Positions 37,690-48,115 of a DNA stretch of 64,000 bases are shown one piece after another. The notes beneath the pieces were generated by a model. It worked only from the letters and a program-made list of their open reading frames with translations, had not been told where the DNA came from and did not search any database. This DNA comes from an uncultured Bacilli bacterium (GTDB taxonomy: Bacteria; Bacillota_I; Bacilli_A; RF39; UBA660). The stretch lies in the NCBI GenBank assembly GCA_947632115.1, contig CANROB010000005.1, forward strand, positions 7,430-71,429. The letters run 5' to 3'. The stretch's first letter is position 1. Each line of letters begins with the position of its first letter. A program made the translations under genes and the position numbers.

Positions 37690-39547
37690 GATGATACTCC
37701 TTTTTTATATACACCATAATAAGCGAAATATCCGCTGGATTTACTCCACTAATACGCAAAGCTTGACCAATCGAAGTAGGCATAATTTTCTTTAATTTTT
37801 GTTTTGCTTCACTTGCTAAATTGTGAATTGCATCATAATTGATATCAGAAGGTATTTTTTTATTATCTAAATCAACCATTTTAGCGGCTTCTTTATTGGC
37901 TTTTTCAATATATCCCTCATATTTAATATCAATCGTAATCAGTTCTTCTATTTCTCTATCAATAGTAAGAGGTAAAAAATGTTTAATATGTTTAAATGTT
38001 ACTTCTGGTCTTCTTAAAAATTCATATAGAGATATTCCATCTTTTAATGTCGTTGTTGGAATCGTTTCTAAATATTTTTGAGTTTCCTCTAAAGGCGTAA
38101 TTTTTGTCGTGCGAAGAAGTTCTTTTACTTCCTCTATTTTTTTCTTTTTTAAAAGAAATTTATCATATTTTTCTTGTGGTACCAAGCCAACTTGATAACC
38201 ATATTCTCTAAGACGTATATCCGCATTATCATGTCTTAGTAAAAGACGATATTCTGCTCTAGAAGTAAGAAGTCGATAAGGATCAATAATTCCTTTCGTT
38301 ACTAAATCATCAATTAAAACTCCTATATAAGCTTCATTTCTCTTTAAAATAAGTGGTTCTTTTCCCTCTAATTTTAAAGAGGCATTTATTCCTGCTATTA
38401 AGCCCTGACAAGCTGCTTCTTCATATCCACTTGTTCCATTAATCTGGCCAGCAGTATAAAGATTTTCAAGCACTTTGGTCTCTAGAGATTGTTTTAATTG
38501 CTTGGAATCAATCGCATCATACTCTATTGCATAAGCATATTTTAAGATTTTTGCATGCTCTAATCCTGGTAGACTATGAACCATTTTCTCTTGAACATCT
38601 CTTGGCATACTAGTAGAAAATCCTTGAAGATAAATATCATCATAATAAAGACTTTCTGGCTCTAAAAATAATTGATGTCTTTCTTTGTCCGCAAAACGGA
38701 CAATTTTATCTTCAATGGATGGACAATATCTAGGCCCTACTCCTTTGATATCAGATAAACCTCCATACATACTAGATTTCTCTAAATTTTCTCTAATAAT
38801 TTGATGGGTTTCTGGTTGGGTATAAATTAAGTGGCAAGGTTCTTGATTATCGACATCATAATAAATCTCATTATCAAAACTAAAAGTATGCGCAGTACTA
38901 TCCCCCTTTTCTTCTTTCGTTTTTGAAAAATCAATGGAATTTTTATCAATACGTTGAGGAGTTCCCGTCTTAAGACGAATGATATCAAAACCATATTCTC
39001 TTAATTTATCACTTAAATGATTACTAGGTCTCTCCCCATGAGGACCTTCTCTCGTTCTTGTACTTCCTACTAAAATATCCGCTTTTAAATAAGTACCAGT
39101 TGTGAGGATGATAGAGCTAGCAAAAATCTTTTCTCCATCTTCTAAAACGACACCTTTTGCTTTTTTATCTTCTACTATTAAATCTTCTACTAAAGATTCT
39201 TTAATTTCAAGATTTTTTTCTTCTCTTAATGTTTTTAACATGTTTTTTGGATAAGTAATTTTATCAGCCTGGGCGCGAAGTGCTTGAACAGCAGGACCTT
39301 TTGCCACATTTAACATTTTCATTTGCAATAAGCTTTTATCAGCATTTCTTCCCATTTCGCCACCAAGAGCATCGATTTCCCGAACCACTATTCCCTTAGC
39401 GCTACCTCCAATAGAAGGATTACATGGCATGTCAGCAATATTTTTGATATTTCCTGTTACTAATAAGGTTTTATGGCCCTTTCTAGCACAAGCTAAAGAT
39501 GCTTCACATCCAGCATGTCCACCACCTACAACAATTACATCATACAT
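37679..39547 (-). CDS. mnmG: tRNA uridine-5-carboxymethylaminomethyl modification enzyme
   Basis: GGGHAGCEA, PCNPSIGG, RLKTGTP, GPRYCPSIEDK, GQINGTSGYEEAA, TSRAEYRL. Confidence 0.98.
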   Translation of the reverse strand: MYDVIVVGGGHAGCEASLACARKGHKTLLVTGNIKNIADMPCNPSIGGSAKGIVVREIDALGGEMGRNADKSLLQMKMLNVAKGPAVQALRAQADKITYPKNMLKTLREEKNLEIKESLVEDLIVEDKKAKGVVLEDGEKIFASSIILTTGTYLKADILVGSTRTREGPHGERPSNHLSDKLREYGFDIIRLKTGTPQRIDKNSIDFSKTKEEKGDSTAHTFSFDNEIYYDVDNQEPCHLIYTQPETHQIIRENLEKSSMYGGLSDIKGVGPRYCPSIEDKIVRFADKERHQLFLEPESLYYDDIYLQGFSTSMPRDVQEKMVHSLPGLEHAKILKYAYAIEYDAIDSKQLKQSLETKVLENLYTAGQINGTSGYEEAACQGLIAGINASLKLEGKEPLILKRNEAYIGVLIDDLVTKGIIDPYRLLTSRAEYRLLLRHDNADIRLREYGYQVGLVPQEKYDKFLLKKKKIEEVKELLRTTKITPLEETQKYLETIPTTTLKDGISLYEFLRRPEVTFKHIKHFLPLTIDREIEELITIDIKYEGYIEKANKEAAKMVDLDNKKIPSDINYDAIHNLASEAKQKLKKIMPTSIGQALRISGVNPADISLIMVYIKKEYHHES

Positions 39548-39641
39548 ACACTTCACCTCTTTTCACGGCTTTTCTTTTTCTTTCCTATTATAATACAGAA
39601 ACTTTTTTTTCACAACAAAAAAGACTTTAGAAAGTCTCTTG

Positions 39642-40049
39642 TTACACTTTTGTTGGCGCTAAATAAGAAAAAGATTCTAAATTGCGCAATATCCCATAAA
39701 TAATCAATAATATGATTAAAAGAAAAAGAATTTTTTGTAATGTCTTCTCTTTTAAAGATTTGTGAAAAATACTAGAGATGACAAGATAGAAAAATCCCCC
39801 TATCAACAAAATAAAAACAAAGGGATTAAAGCGAAAGGCTTGGTAAATATCACCAGAAAAGAATGATAATATCAATCTCGATATTCCACATCCTGGACAA
39901 TAATAACCCGTAAAATATAAGATTGGACAAGAAATAGCAATATGAAAGTGGCCTAATATATGTAATAAAAAATTAATGCATATGAAAAATAGTAAGAAAC
40001 TTACTATTTTTACATACGGATTAGTCTTTAAGTGGTCTACCTTGAGCAT
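39642..40049 (-). CDS. DUF2752 family membrane protein
   Basis: CPILYFTGYYCPGCGISR...AFRFNP; follows a TM2 gene; start uncertain. Confidence 0.82.
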   Translation of the reverse strand: MLKVDHLKTNPYVKIVSFLLFFICINFLLHILGHFHIAISCPILYFTGYYCPGCGISRLILSFFSGDIYQAFRFNPFVFILLIGGFFYLVISSIFHKSLKEKTLQKILFLLIILLIIYGILRNLESFSYLAPTKV

Positions 40050-40422
40050 CTGTTTTGATACTTCCACAAAGAATCATAATTCCTTCAATAAAGCCCCAAA
40101 TAGATCCAATTCCACAAGTTACAATAGAAACAACAATTTGAATAGCTCCTTTAGAAGTATATCCTAAATAGAAATTATGAATTCCCCATCCACCTAAGAA
40201 AATTCCTAATAATCCTGCAACCATTTTTGATTTAAGATTTGGATCTTGATATCCATAAGGTTGTCCCATAGGTGGTTGTGGCATTTGACCATATCCAGCA
40301 GGTTGTTGTGGTTGTACTGGTGGCTGAGTTGGTTGTGGTTGTGCTAATAAAGCTCCACAATTTGGACAATTTGTATAAGAGTCATCTACTTGTGATCCAC
40401 AACTTCCACATATTTTAGCCAT
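40021..40422 (-). CDS. Zinc-ribbon + TM2 domain membrane protein
   Basis: CGSCG...CPNCG, Gln/Pro linker, KSKMVAGLLGIFLGGWGIHNFYLG. Confidence 0.9.
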   Translation of the reverse strand: MAKICGSCGSQVDDSYTNCPNCGALLAQPQPTQPPVQPQQPAGYGQMPQPPMGQPYGYQDPNLKSKMVAGLLGIFLGGWGIHNFYLGYTSKGAIQIVVSIVTCGIGSIWGFIEGIMILCGSIKTDAQGRPLKD

Positions 40423-40483
40423 ATTTTCACTCCTTTACTTTTTTTTATTGTACCATAATTTTTTTTCTTTGAAAATATTTTTT

Positions 40484-41836
40484 CTATTTTCCTAAACAAA
40501 ATCTACTAAAAATTTCATCTACAAGTTCTTCGGTATAAGTCTCTCCTATTATCTCACCTAATAAATTCCATATATTTTTCAAATCAATTTCTAACATATC
40601 GATTGGAACTTGACTTTCTATTCCCTCTTCTATAGACTCTACAATATTTTGACATTTTTTTAAAAGAGAAATACTTCTTGCGCTACTTAAATACGTATAA
40701 TCACTCTGTTCTATTTCTTCTAAATGGAATAGTTCTTTTATTTTCTCTTTTAACTCATCAATTCCTTCATTTTTTAAAGCAGAAATAGGAACAACTGGAA
40801 AAGTTAGTTCTGGTAATTTTAACTTAGCAAGTAAATCACTCTTATTAATAATCAAAATAGTTGGTTTATCCCCTATTTGTTTTAGTATTTCCTCTTCCTC
40901 CAACGTCATTTCTTCTTCATTATTTAAAACAAATAATACTAAATCAGCTTTCTTAATCCACTCTAAGCTTTTTTTTACACCGATACTTTCTACTTGATCT
41001 CGCGTTTTTCTAATACCTGCTGTATCAATCATATGAAGTAAAATACCATCAAGCAAAATATCTCCTTCCACGATATCTCTGGTTGTTCCTGCGATATCGG
41101 TAACAATAGCTTTTTCTTCTTCTAATAAACGATTTAAAAGACTACTTTTTCCAACATTTGGTTTTCCTACTATTACCGTTTTAATTCCCTCTTTAATAAG
41201 AGAACCAGTCTCTGATTTTTTTAAAATTTCTTCTATTTTGGCTTTTAAATATTGGTTTGTTTTTTGAATTTTTTCTATTGTTACTACTTCAATATCTTCA
41301 TATTCAGGGTAATCAATATTTACTTCTATATTAGAAATAACTTCAACTAACTGATTTCTTAACTCATGAATTAAATTCGATACTTGACCTGTCATTTGAT
41401 TGATAGCAAGATTTCTCGATTTCTCTGTTTTAGCTGAGATTAAATCCATGACTCCTTCTGCTTCTATTAAATCAATTCTTCCATTTAAAAAAGCTCGTTT
41501 TGTAAATTCTCCTGGTTCAGCTAAACGACAACCATGAAGTAATAATAATTCTAAAATACGATTGGTCGTAGCAATTCCCCCATGAGAATTAATTTCAATA
41601 ATATCTTCTTTAGTAAAAGTTTTAGGAGATTTCATAACTGTTAGAAGTACTTCATCAATCGTCTTATCTTGTGAAACGATAAATCCATAATGAATCGTAT
41701 GGGTAGGAACATCCTTTAAATTTTTTCCTTTCCATATTTTACTTACAATTTCAATAGCATCCTCACCACTTACACGAATGATAGAAATAGCCCCTACTCC
41801 TAGAGCCGTTGAAATCGCGGCAATCGTATCTTTCAT
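40484..41836 (-). CDS. mnmE: tRNA modification GTPase
   Basis: DTIAAISTA, GEFTKRAFLNG, GKPNVGKSS, DTAG, NKSD, FCLGK. Confidence 0.98.
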   Translation of the reverse strand: MKDTIAAISTALGVGAISIIRVSGEDAIEIVSKIWKGKNLKDVPTHTIHYGFIVSQDKTIDEVLLTVMKSPKTFTKEDIIEINSHGGIATTNRILELLLLHGCRLAEPGEFTKRAFLNGRIDLIEAEGVMDLISAKTEKSRNLAINQMTGQVSNLIHELRNQLVEVISNIEVNIDYPEYEDIEVVTIEKIQKTNQYLKAKIEEILKKSETGSLIKEGIKTVIVGKPNVGKSSLLNRLLEEEKAIVTDIAGTTRDIVEGDILLDGILLHMIDTAGIRKTRDQVESIGVKKSLEWIKKADLVLFVLNNEEEMTLEEEEILKQIGDKPTILIINKSDLLAKLKLPELTFPVVPISALKNEGIDELKEKIKELFHLEEIEQSDYTYLSSARSISLLKKCQNIVESIEEGIESQVPIDMLEIDLKNIWNLLGEIIGETYTEELVDEIFSRFCLGK

Positions 41837-41896
41837 AGTTATGCACCTCTTTGTTTATGATTTTAACATAATCTAAATAAAAAAGGAATAAAATTC

Positions 41897-42871
41897 TTAT
41901 TCCTTTGCTTGAACAGCCGTAATCGCAATTACTCCGACAATATCCTCTTTTGAACACCCTCTTGATAAATCATTAATAGGAGCTGCAATTCCTTGTGTAA
42001 GGGGTCCATATGCCTCAGCATTTGCAAGTCTTTGAACTAACTTATAACCAATATTTCCAGCATCTAAATCAGGAAATATTAAAACATTTGCATGACCAGC
42101 AACTTGACTATTTGGAGCCTTACTAGCAGCAACACTAGGAATAATAGCAGCATCTAATTGTAGTTCTCCATCCATTTCATATTGTGAATATTCTTCTTTT
42201 GCTATTTTTACAGCTTCTACTACTTTTTCTACATCAGCATGCGTTGCACTCCCCATCGTAGAATGAGAAAGAAAAGCTACTTTTGGACTATCTCCCACTA
42301 AAGTTTCAAAACTTTCGGCACTACTAGAAGCAATTGCCGCAAGCCGGTCAGGTGTTGGATTTTGCTCTAACCCACAATCTGCAAAGACAAAGGTTCCGTG
42401 AGAACCATATTCACAGTTAGGAACAACCATTAAAAAGAAAGAAGAGACAAGTTTTACGCCTGGCTTTGTTTTAATAATTTGAAGAGATGGTCTTAATGTA
42501 TTAGCGGTAGAATGACAAGCACCACTTACTACGCCATCAGCATAACCTAATTTTACTAGCATACAAGCATAATACATATAATCGGTTAATAAGAGCCTTC
42601 TTGCTTCTTCCCTTGTCATTCCTTTTTCTTTTCTAAGTTCATATAATGCTTCTATAAATTCTTCTAGATGCGAATCTTCTTCTGGTACAATTACTTCTAT
42701 TCCTTCTAAAGAAATAGGAACAGTAGGTCTTCCAATGAATAAAATATGGGCAATTCCCTCATCTGTAACTTCTCTTGCAGCTTGTACTACCCTCTCATCC
42801 ATAGATTCTGGTAAAACAATTCTTTTCTTTTCCTCTTTTGCTTGTTCTTTTATTTTTTCTATAAAATTCAT
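41897..42871 (-). CDS. pta: Phosphate acetyltransferase
   Basis: IVLPE, FADCG, LSHST.GS, DGELQLDAA, LDAGNIGYK, NDLSRGC; start at MNFIEK after GAGG. Confidence 0.95.
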   Translation of the reverse strand: MNFIEKIKEQAKEEKKRIVLPESMDERVVQAAREVTDEGIAHILFIGRPTVPISLEGIEVIVPEEDSHLEEFIEALYELRKEKGMTREEARRLLLTDYMYYACMLVKLGYADGVVSGACHSTANTLRPSLQIIKTKPGVKLVSSFFLMVVPNCEYGSHGTFVFADCGLEQNPTPDRLAAIASSSAESFETLVGDSPKVAFLSHSTMGSATHADVEKVVEAVKIAKEEYSQYEMDGELQLDAAIIPSVAASKAPNSQVAGHANVLIFPDLDAGNIGYKLVQRLANAEAYGPLTQGIAAPINDLSRGCSKEDIVGVIAITAVQAKE

Positions 42872-42940
42872 TTTCTTTCCTCTTCTCTTATCTTTATCAT
42901 TTATCATTATAACATAAAAAAAAGAAGAATTTACATTCTT

Positions 42941-43537
42941 CTATTCGCCAGTATATTTTATAACAACACAACGGTTTGGTTCTTCCCCAACACTTTCGGT
43001 TGTTACATTACTATAATCACTAAGTAGTGCATGTACAATTCTTCTTTGATAAGAATTCATAGGATCTAATTTTGCATCTGTTTTTGTTTTTTGTACTTCT
43101 CTTACAATATTTTTGATTTCATACTCGAATCTTTTTACCTTCTTAGCACGGTAATTAGATGCATCCAAATTGACATGGATAGTCATTCCTGTTTTCGTTT
43201 GAAGAGCTTGCTTTAAAAGAAGTTGAATAGCATTCATGGTTCTTCCTTCTTTTCCAATTAATATTGGATTATTATCAGATACCATAGTAACTGAAAAGAT
43301 ATTTTCTTCTTCTCTTACCTCAAGTTGAATATCTACGCTCATATCTTTTCCAATTTGTTTGATGAATTCTTTAATAAAATTCATAACATCTTCTTTTTTT
43401 ACTACTTTCATTTTATAAGATTCTTCTGTTTCTTCTGCCTCTACAATAATATCAGAACTATAAACATCTAAATCTTCGATACATTTTTCATAACAAGCTT
43501 CTTCATCTTGTGCTTCATAATTATAAACTTGAATCAT
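42941..43537 (-). CDS. jag: Jag/KhpB (EloR) KH + R3H RNA-binding protein
   Basis: LIGKEGRTMNAIQ; MNSYQRRIVH; TESVGEEPNR; follows yidC. Confidence 0.9.
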   Translation of the reverse strand: MIQVYNYEAQDEEACYEKCIEDLDVYSSDIIVEAEETEESYKMKVVKKEDVMNFIKEFIKQIGKDMSVDIQLEVREEENIFSVTMVSDNNPILIGKEGRTMNAIQLLLKQALQTKTGMTIHVNLDASNYRAKKVKRFEYEIKNIVREVQKTKTDAKLDPMNSYQRRIVHALLSDYSNVTTESVGEEPNRCVVIKYTGE

Positions 43538-43538
43538 A

Positions 43539-44540
43539 TTACTTACTCCTTTTCACAATTAAATTTTGAATAATTGTAAATGTGTTATTCGTTATCCAAT
43601 AGAAAATAATGGCTGTTGACATCGAAAATGACATAACCGTAATGACAATATTCATAATATTCATCATTGTATTCATTTGTTTTGCTTGATCTCCACTCAT
43701 TCCTGCCCCACTATTAAGTTTAAATGAGAAGAATGTCGCTAAGAAAACAAGAATTGGTAAAATCAAATAAAGCCAATTCCCAGAAGCAATTCCTTTTGCT
43801 GGAGCCATCGCCATAGAATAACCTAATAAGCTATCTTCAAATAATACTGGTAATCTATATAATGCTTCATAGAAAGCAAAGAATAATGGAATTTGAATAA
43901 AAGCAAAGATACATCCAGAAAATGGATTAATATTATACTTTTTATAAACTAACATTGTTTCTTGTGCTTTTCGGTTGATACTATCTTGATCTTGCTTATT
44001 TTGATATTTTCTTTCTATTTTTTCAATTTCTGGTTGGGCTTTCTTTAAATTTTCTGATTGACGAGCCGTTTTTAAAGTAATAGGATACATAATTAAACGA
44101 ATCAATAAAGTAACCAGGATGATAGCTAATCCATAATTTTTTAAAAACTCCCCTACTTTAATTAAAATCAAAGATAATGGTCTGACAAAAAAGGTTGTCC
44201 AAATTCCGCCATTTTTATCTCCTAGAATATTAAAAGACTTACAAGATTGCATTTTCTCAACGTCGACTATTTCACTTACTTTTTTCTCATAATCTTTTTT
44301 ACTAATATCCCCATCATCTAATTGTTTTTTATATGCCTTTTCTAAATTTTCTTTGTTTTCCTTATATAATTTTAAGATATCTTCATCGGTTGGTGCACAT
44401 AAAACATTGGATGGCAATTGTTGTCCTGTCTCACTATTGATAACTACTTTTCCATCTGGACCTTTTAATTGCTTCGTACATCCAGTTAAACAAAGTACCA
44501 TGATGAGCAACAAAGGTAAAAGGATTTTCTTCTTTTGCAT
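43539..44540 (-). CDS. yidC: Membrane protein insertase YidC/SpoIIIJ (lipoprotein type)
   Basis: Lipobox LTGC; YGLAIILVTLLIR, NPFSGC, IQIP, FYWITNN. Confidence 0.93.
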   Translation of the reverse strand: MQKKKILLPLLLIMVLCLTGCTKQLKGPDGKVVINSETGQQLPSNVLCAPTDEDILKLYKENKENLEKAYKKQLDDGDISKKDYEKKVSEIVDVEKMQSCKSFNILGDKNGGIWTTFFVRPLSLILIKVGEFLKNYGLAIILVTLLIRLIMYPITLKTARQSENLKKAQPEIEKIERKYQNKQDQDSINRKAQETMLVYKKYNINPFSGCIFAFIQIPLFFAFYEALYRLPVLFEDSLLGYSMAMAPAKGIASGNWLYLILPILVFLATFFSFKLNSGAGMSGDQAKQMNTMMNIMNIVITVMSFSMSTAIIFYWITNNTFTIIQNLIVKRSK

Positions 44541-44549
44541 TTTTTCCTC

Positions 44550-44879
44550 CTAACGGTATACATTTAAATTGTTTAGGGCCTCTAACAAATTATCCCGCAT
44601 TTCTGAATAATTACGCATTAGAATTCCCTTGCCTAATATTATAATACAATTAAAGTTTTTTTGATAGTCTTTTTCTTGTAGAATAGAACGGATTTGCCTT
44701 TTTAATTTATTCCGAGTGACGGCATTTCCTAATTTCTTACTAACAGAGATTCCAAAATGGTATTCCCCTACTTCCGTTCTTTCTATATAAATAATATAAT
44801 CTTTGTATTTATATGGTTGATTATGATGAATAATTCGTTGAAAATCACGATTATTTTTGACAATATTTTTTTTCTTCAT
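44550..44879 (-). CDS. rnpA: Ribonuclease P protein component
   Basis: FGISVSKKLGNAVTRNKLKRQIR. Confidence 0.95.
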   Translation of the reverse strand: MKKKNIVKNNRDFQRIIHHNQPYKYKDYIIYIERTEVGEYHFGISVSKKLGNAVTRNKLKRQIRSILQEKDYQKNFNCIIILGKGILMRNYSEMRDNLLEALNNLNVYR

Positions 44880-44900
44880 ATTTTCCCGTCCCTCAATAAG

Positions 44901-44924
44901 AAAAAAACCACTGACGAACAGTGG
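44901..44924 (-). terminator. Terminator between rpmH and rnpA
   Basis: CCACTG-TTCGT-CAGTGG followed by T7. Confidence 0.75.
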
Positions 44925-44928
44925 ATAT

Positions 44929-45051
44929 TTAATGAGATAATACTTTGCGCCCTTTTTTTCTTCTATTATTTATAATTTTAGTTTCCATACGAGCGAAAAA
45001 ACCCATTTTTTTACTTCTTCTATGATTATTTGGTTGATAAGTTCTTTTCAT
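44929..45051 (-). CDS. rpmH: 50S ribosomal protein L34 (40 aa)
   Basis: Translated by hand: [40 protein letters not shown]; GGAGG RBS; canonical position; below ORF-track cutoff. Confidence 0.93.
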   Translation of the reverse strand: MKRTYQPNNHRRSKKMGFFARMETKIINNRRKKGRKVLSH

Positions 45052-45180
45052 TTTTCACACCTCCGATTATTCTATTTCCCTGCTTGCTTTTTCAATTATA
45101 TAGATTTTTTTTCTATTTGTCAAACCTTTTCTTCTCAATAGTTAGGAAAATCAAAAAATAAAATAAGAATAAAAATAAAG

Positions 45181-45380
45181 TTATGCACATTTTTTTCTAG
45201 TTAAAAATTCTATTTAAAGTCCACTTATGCACACTTATGCACAAAATTGTGCACAAATTATATACCGAATGCATGTTTTTGTCTATAATAAAGTCACAAA
45301 AATGTGCATAACTATGTTTTAAGAAGAAAAATAAAATAGGGGAGATGTTGATAAAAAAGAAACTTTAAATTTTATGCACA
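45181..45380. other. oriC, DnaA-box cluster upstream of dnaA
   Basis: TTATGCACA at 45181, 45225, 45235, 45372 and reverse at 45303; TTGTGCACA at 45247; gene strand switches here. Confidence 0.88.
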
Positions 45381-45447
45381 TTTTCTTTTTTTTTTATGTC
45401 AAATAGTGTAGAATATAGGTAGAAATGGTTAAGAGTGGGGTGATTGC

Positions 45448-46800
45448 ATGGATTTAGAAAGCATTTGGAACAATTTTTTAGAAAAAATCAAAAACCAACT
45501 CAATGATATTTCCTATGAAACCTGGTTTTCGGAAACTACTTTATTTTCCTTGGATAATGGGATAGCAAAAATATTAGTACCTTCTCATGTTCATAAGAAG
45601 AATCTAAAGGAACATTATATTGATTTAATTGAAGAAATATTTACAGAAGTAACCGGGACAAATTGGAAATATGAATTTTATCTAGAAGAAGAATTAGAAA
45701 ATGAAGTAATTGTGAATACAGATGAAATAGGAATACCTTCTAATACCTTTGAAAGTAACCTAGATAGTAAATATCGGTTTGATAACTTTGTAATAGGAAA
45801 TAGTAACAAATTTGCAGCTACCTCTGCATTAGCGGTTGCAGAACAGCCTGGAAATATGTATAATCCACTCTTTATTTATGGATCAAGTGGGCTAGGGAAG
45901 ACACACTTGATGCATGCTATTGGAAACTATATAACGGAAAATAATAAAAAAATGAAAGTTTTATACATTCCTTGTGATAAATTTGTTTCTGACTTTGTAG
46001 AAATCTGTAGAAAAAGTGCAAATGAAAATAACATGGAATCTATCAAACAATTTAAAAATAAATATCGGGAAATTGATGTTCTTATTATTGATGATATTCA
46101 TAATTTAGTAGGGGCAACAAGTGCTCAACAAGAATTTTTTAATACATTTAATGAGCTATATAATAATAAGAAACAAATTATTATATCTTCTGATAGATCA
46201 CCTGAGGATATCAAAAAACTAGAAGAACGTCTCAAAACTAGATTTAATTGGGGCCTTCAAATTGATATTTTACCTCCAGAATTTGAACTTCGCATGAATA
46301 TTATTAATAAGAAAATAGAAATGCAAAATTTAGAAAACAAATTTCCGGAGGAAGTAAAAGAATATATTGCCAGTAATTGTGTAGGGGATATACGGAAACT
46401 TGAAGGAGCTATTACCAGAGTTTATGCTTATGCAACGATTATGAATGGATCAGATATTACTTTAGATTTAGCGATTGAAGCCTTAAAAGATTTTTTTGTT
46501 CAAACAATTGTTGCTAAAAATAAAATTGATCAAGTCATTCAACTGGTTAGTGAAAACTATAATATTAGTGCAGAAGACTTAAAAAGTAAGAAAAAAACAA
46601 ATAATATAGCTATTCCAAGACAAATTGCTATGTATATCTGTAGAGTTTACCTAGAAGAAAACCTAACCAAAATAGGAATTGAATTTGGTGGAAAAAATCA
46701 TACCACTGTTATGCACGCTGTTGATAAAATCAAAAAAGAAATCTTAAAAGACGAAGCCCTTAACAACGAAATTCAAAAAATTATCAACAGAATTCATTAA
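45448..46800 (+). CDS. dnaA: Chromosomal replication initiator DnaA
   Basis: YNPLFIYGSSGLGKTHL, IDDI, QQEFFNTFN, RQIAMY, GGKNHTTVMH. Confidence 0.98.
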   Translation: MDLESIWNNFLEKIKNQLNDISYETWFSETTLFSLDNGIAKILVPSHVHKKNLKEHYIDLIEEIFTEVTGTNWKYEFYLEEELENEVIVNTDEIGIPSNTFESNLDSKYRFDNFVIGNSNKFAATSALAVAEQPGNMYNPLFIYGSSGLGKTHLMHAIGNYITENNKKMKVLYIPCDKFVSDFVEICRKSANENNMESIKQFKNKYREIDVLIIDDIHNLVGATSAQQEFFNTFNELYNNKKQIIISSDRSPEDIKKLEERLKTRFNWGLQIDILPPEFELRMNIINKKIEMQNLENKFPEEVKEYIASNCVGDIRKLEGAITRVYAYATIMNGSDITLDLAIEALKDFFVQTIVAKNKIDQVIQLVSENYNISAEDLKSKKKTNNIAIPRQIAMYICRVYLEENLTKIGIEFGGKNHTTVMHAVDKIKKEILKDEALNNEIQKIINRIH

Positions 46801-46920
46801 AAAATGTTCATAAAATGTTCATAAGAAAAAATTATGCACACTGAATTTTTCCTTATAAATAAAGAATAAAAGGAGTTATGCACAGAAATGCACACCTATA
46901 ATAAAAATAATATTATTTAG
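46781..46920. other. oriC, dnaA-dnaN region with DnaA boxes, trio-like repeats and AT-rich unwinding element
   Basis: TTATCAACA 46781; two TGTTCATAA; TTATGCACA 46832 and 46876; then AAATGCACA-CC-TATAATAAAAATAATATTATTTAG. Confidence 0.82.
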
Positions 46921-46939
46921 AATAAGAAAAGAGGTACTT

Positions 46940-48061
46940 ATGAAACTAAAAATCAAACAAAAAATTTTAATGGAACATTTAAACTATGTTATTAAAGGAA
47001 TATCTTCTAAAAATTTAATTCCCATCTTAAACTGTATTAAATTTGATTTAAAAAAAGAAGGTTTATACCTAATGAGTACAGATAATGAAATAGCAATAAA
47101 AACTTTTATTGATGCAAAGGATATCGAAGAGATAGAGGAAAAAGGGGATATTGTTGTTTCTGGTAAATATATATATGAAATAATTAAAAAACTATCTAAT
47201 GAAGTTATTAACTTAGAAGAAATCATGTCTTCTCAACTTTTGATAACCACTGCACAATCCTCATTTAAATTAAATTGTAATAATGCATCAGAATTTCCTA
47301 ATTTAGATTTAGAGTTTAGTAAAACACCAATTGTTATTAATCAACAATCTTTTAGGACAACCATTAATCAAACGATTTTTGCAACATCTACCCAAGAATC
47401 CCGTCCAGTTCTTACCGGAATTAATTTTAAAATATCTGATAATAAACTAGAATGTACGGCTACGGATTCTTATCGTTTAGCAAGAAAAGAAATTGAACTA
47501 GGAAAGAAAGTAGATCAAGAAATTAATATAATTGTTCCTGCTAAGAATTTATTAGAAGTAATTCGTCTTTTAAACAATGACGAGGATACTCTAGAACTTC
47601 ATATTTTCAACAATAAAATCATTTTTTATTTTGGTTCTCTTATTATTATGTCTCGATTAATTAATGGTAGTTATCCAGATACCAATAAATTAATTCCTGA
47701 AGAATTTTTAACTTGTATCAAGGTTAATTTAAATAATTTCTTTAATTCTATTGATAGAGCGTCTCTTCTTACGAATGAAGAAGAAAAAAATATCATTAAA
47801 TTAGAGAGTAAAGGGGATTATTTACTTATTTCTTCTAATATTCCAGAAATTGGAAATGTAGAAGAAAAAGTAGAATTGAAAGACAAAATTGAAGAGAATG
47901 TAAAAATTGCTTTTAGTTCTAAATATATGATGGATGCGATTAAAGTATTTGATAGTGAAGAAATTGAAATAAAATATAATGGAGAAATTAAACCTATCAT
48001 CATTACAGATGGAGAAACTGATAATTTGCTTCAGTTAATATTACCAATTCGGACATATTGA
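46940..48061 (+). CDS. dnaN: DNA polymerase III beta clamp
   Basis: STDNEI, ESRPVLTG, ATDSYRLA, SRLINGSYPD, LILPIRTY. Confidence 0.97.
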   Translation: MKLKIKQKILMEHLNYVIKGISSKNLIPILNCIKFDLKKEGLYLMSTDNEIAIKTFIDAKDIEEIEEKGDIVVSGKYIYEIIKKLSNEVINLEEIMSSQLLITTAQSSFKLNCNNASEFPNLDLEFSKTPIVINQQSFRTTINQTIFATSTQESRPVLTGINFKISDNKLECTATDSYRLARKEIELGKKVDQEINIIVPAKNLLEVIRLLNNDEDTLELHIFNNKIIFYFGSLIIMSRLINGSYPDTNKLIPEEFLTCIKVNLNNFFNSIDRASLLTNEEEKNIIKLESKGDYLLISSNIPEIGNVEEKVELKDKIEENVKIAFSSKYMMDAIKVFDSEEIEIKYNGEIKPIIITDGETDNLLQLILPIRTY

Positions 48062-48088
48062 TCAAAATATGTCTTTTTTTTATACCGC

Positions 48089-48115
48089 TCCGACAAAATT
48101 CATCAAAATTCGACT
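48089..48115. promoter_or_regulatory. Phased Spo0A-box-like repeats upstream of the comK-like gene
   Basis: TCCGACA-AAA-TTCATCA-AAA-TTCGACT, 10-bp period; outer copies are 6/7 to TTCGACA. Confidence 0.4.
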
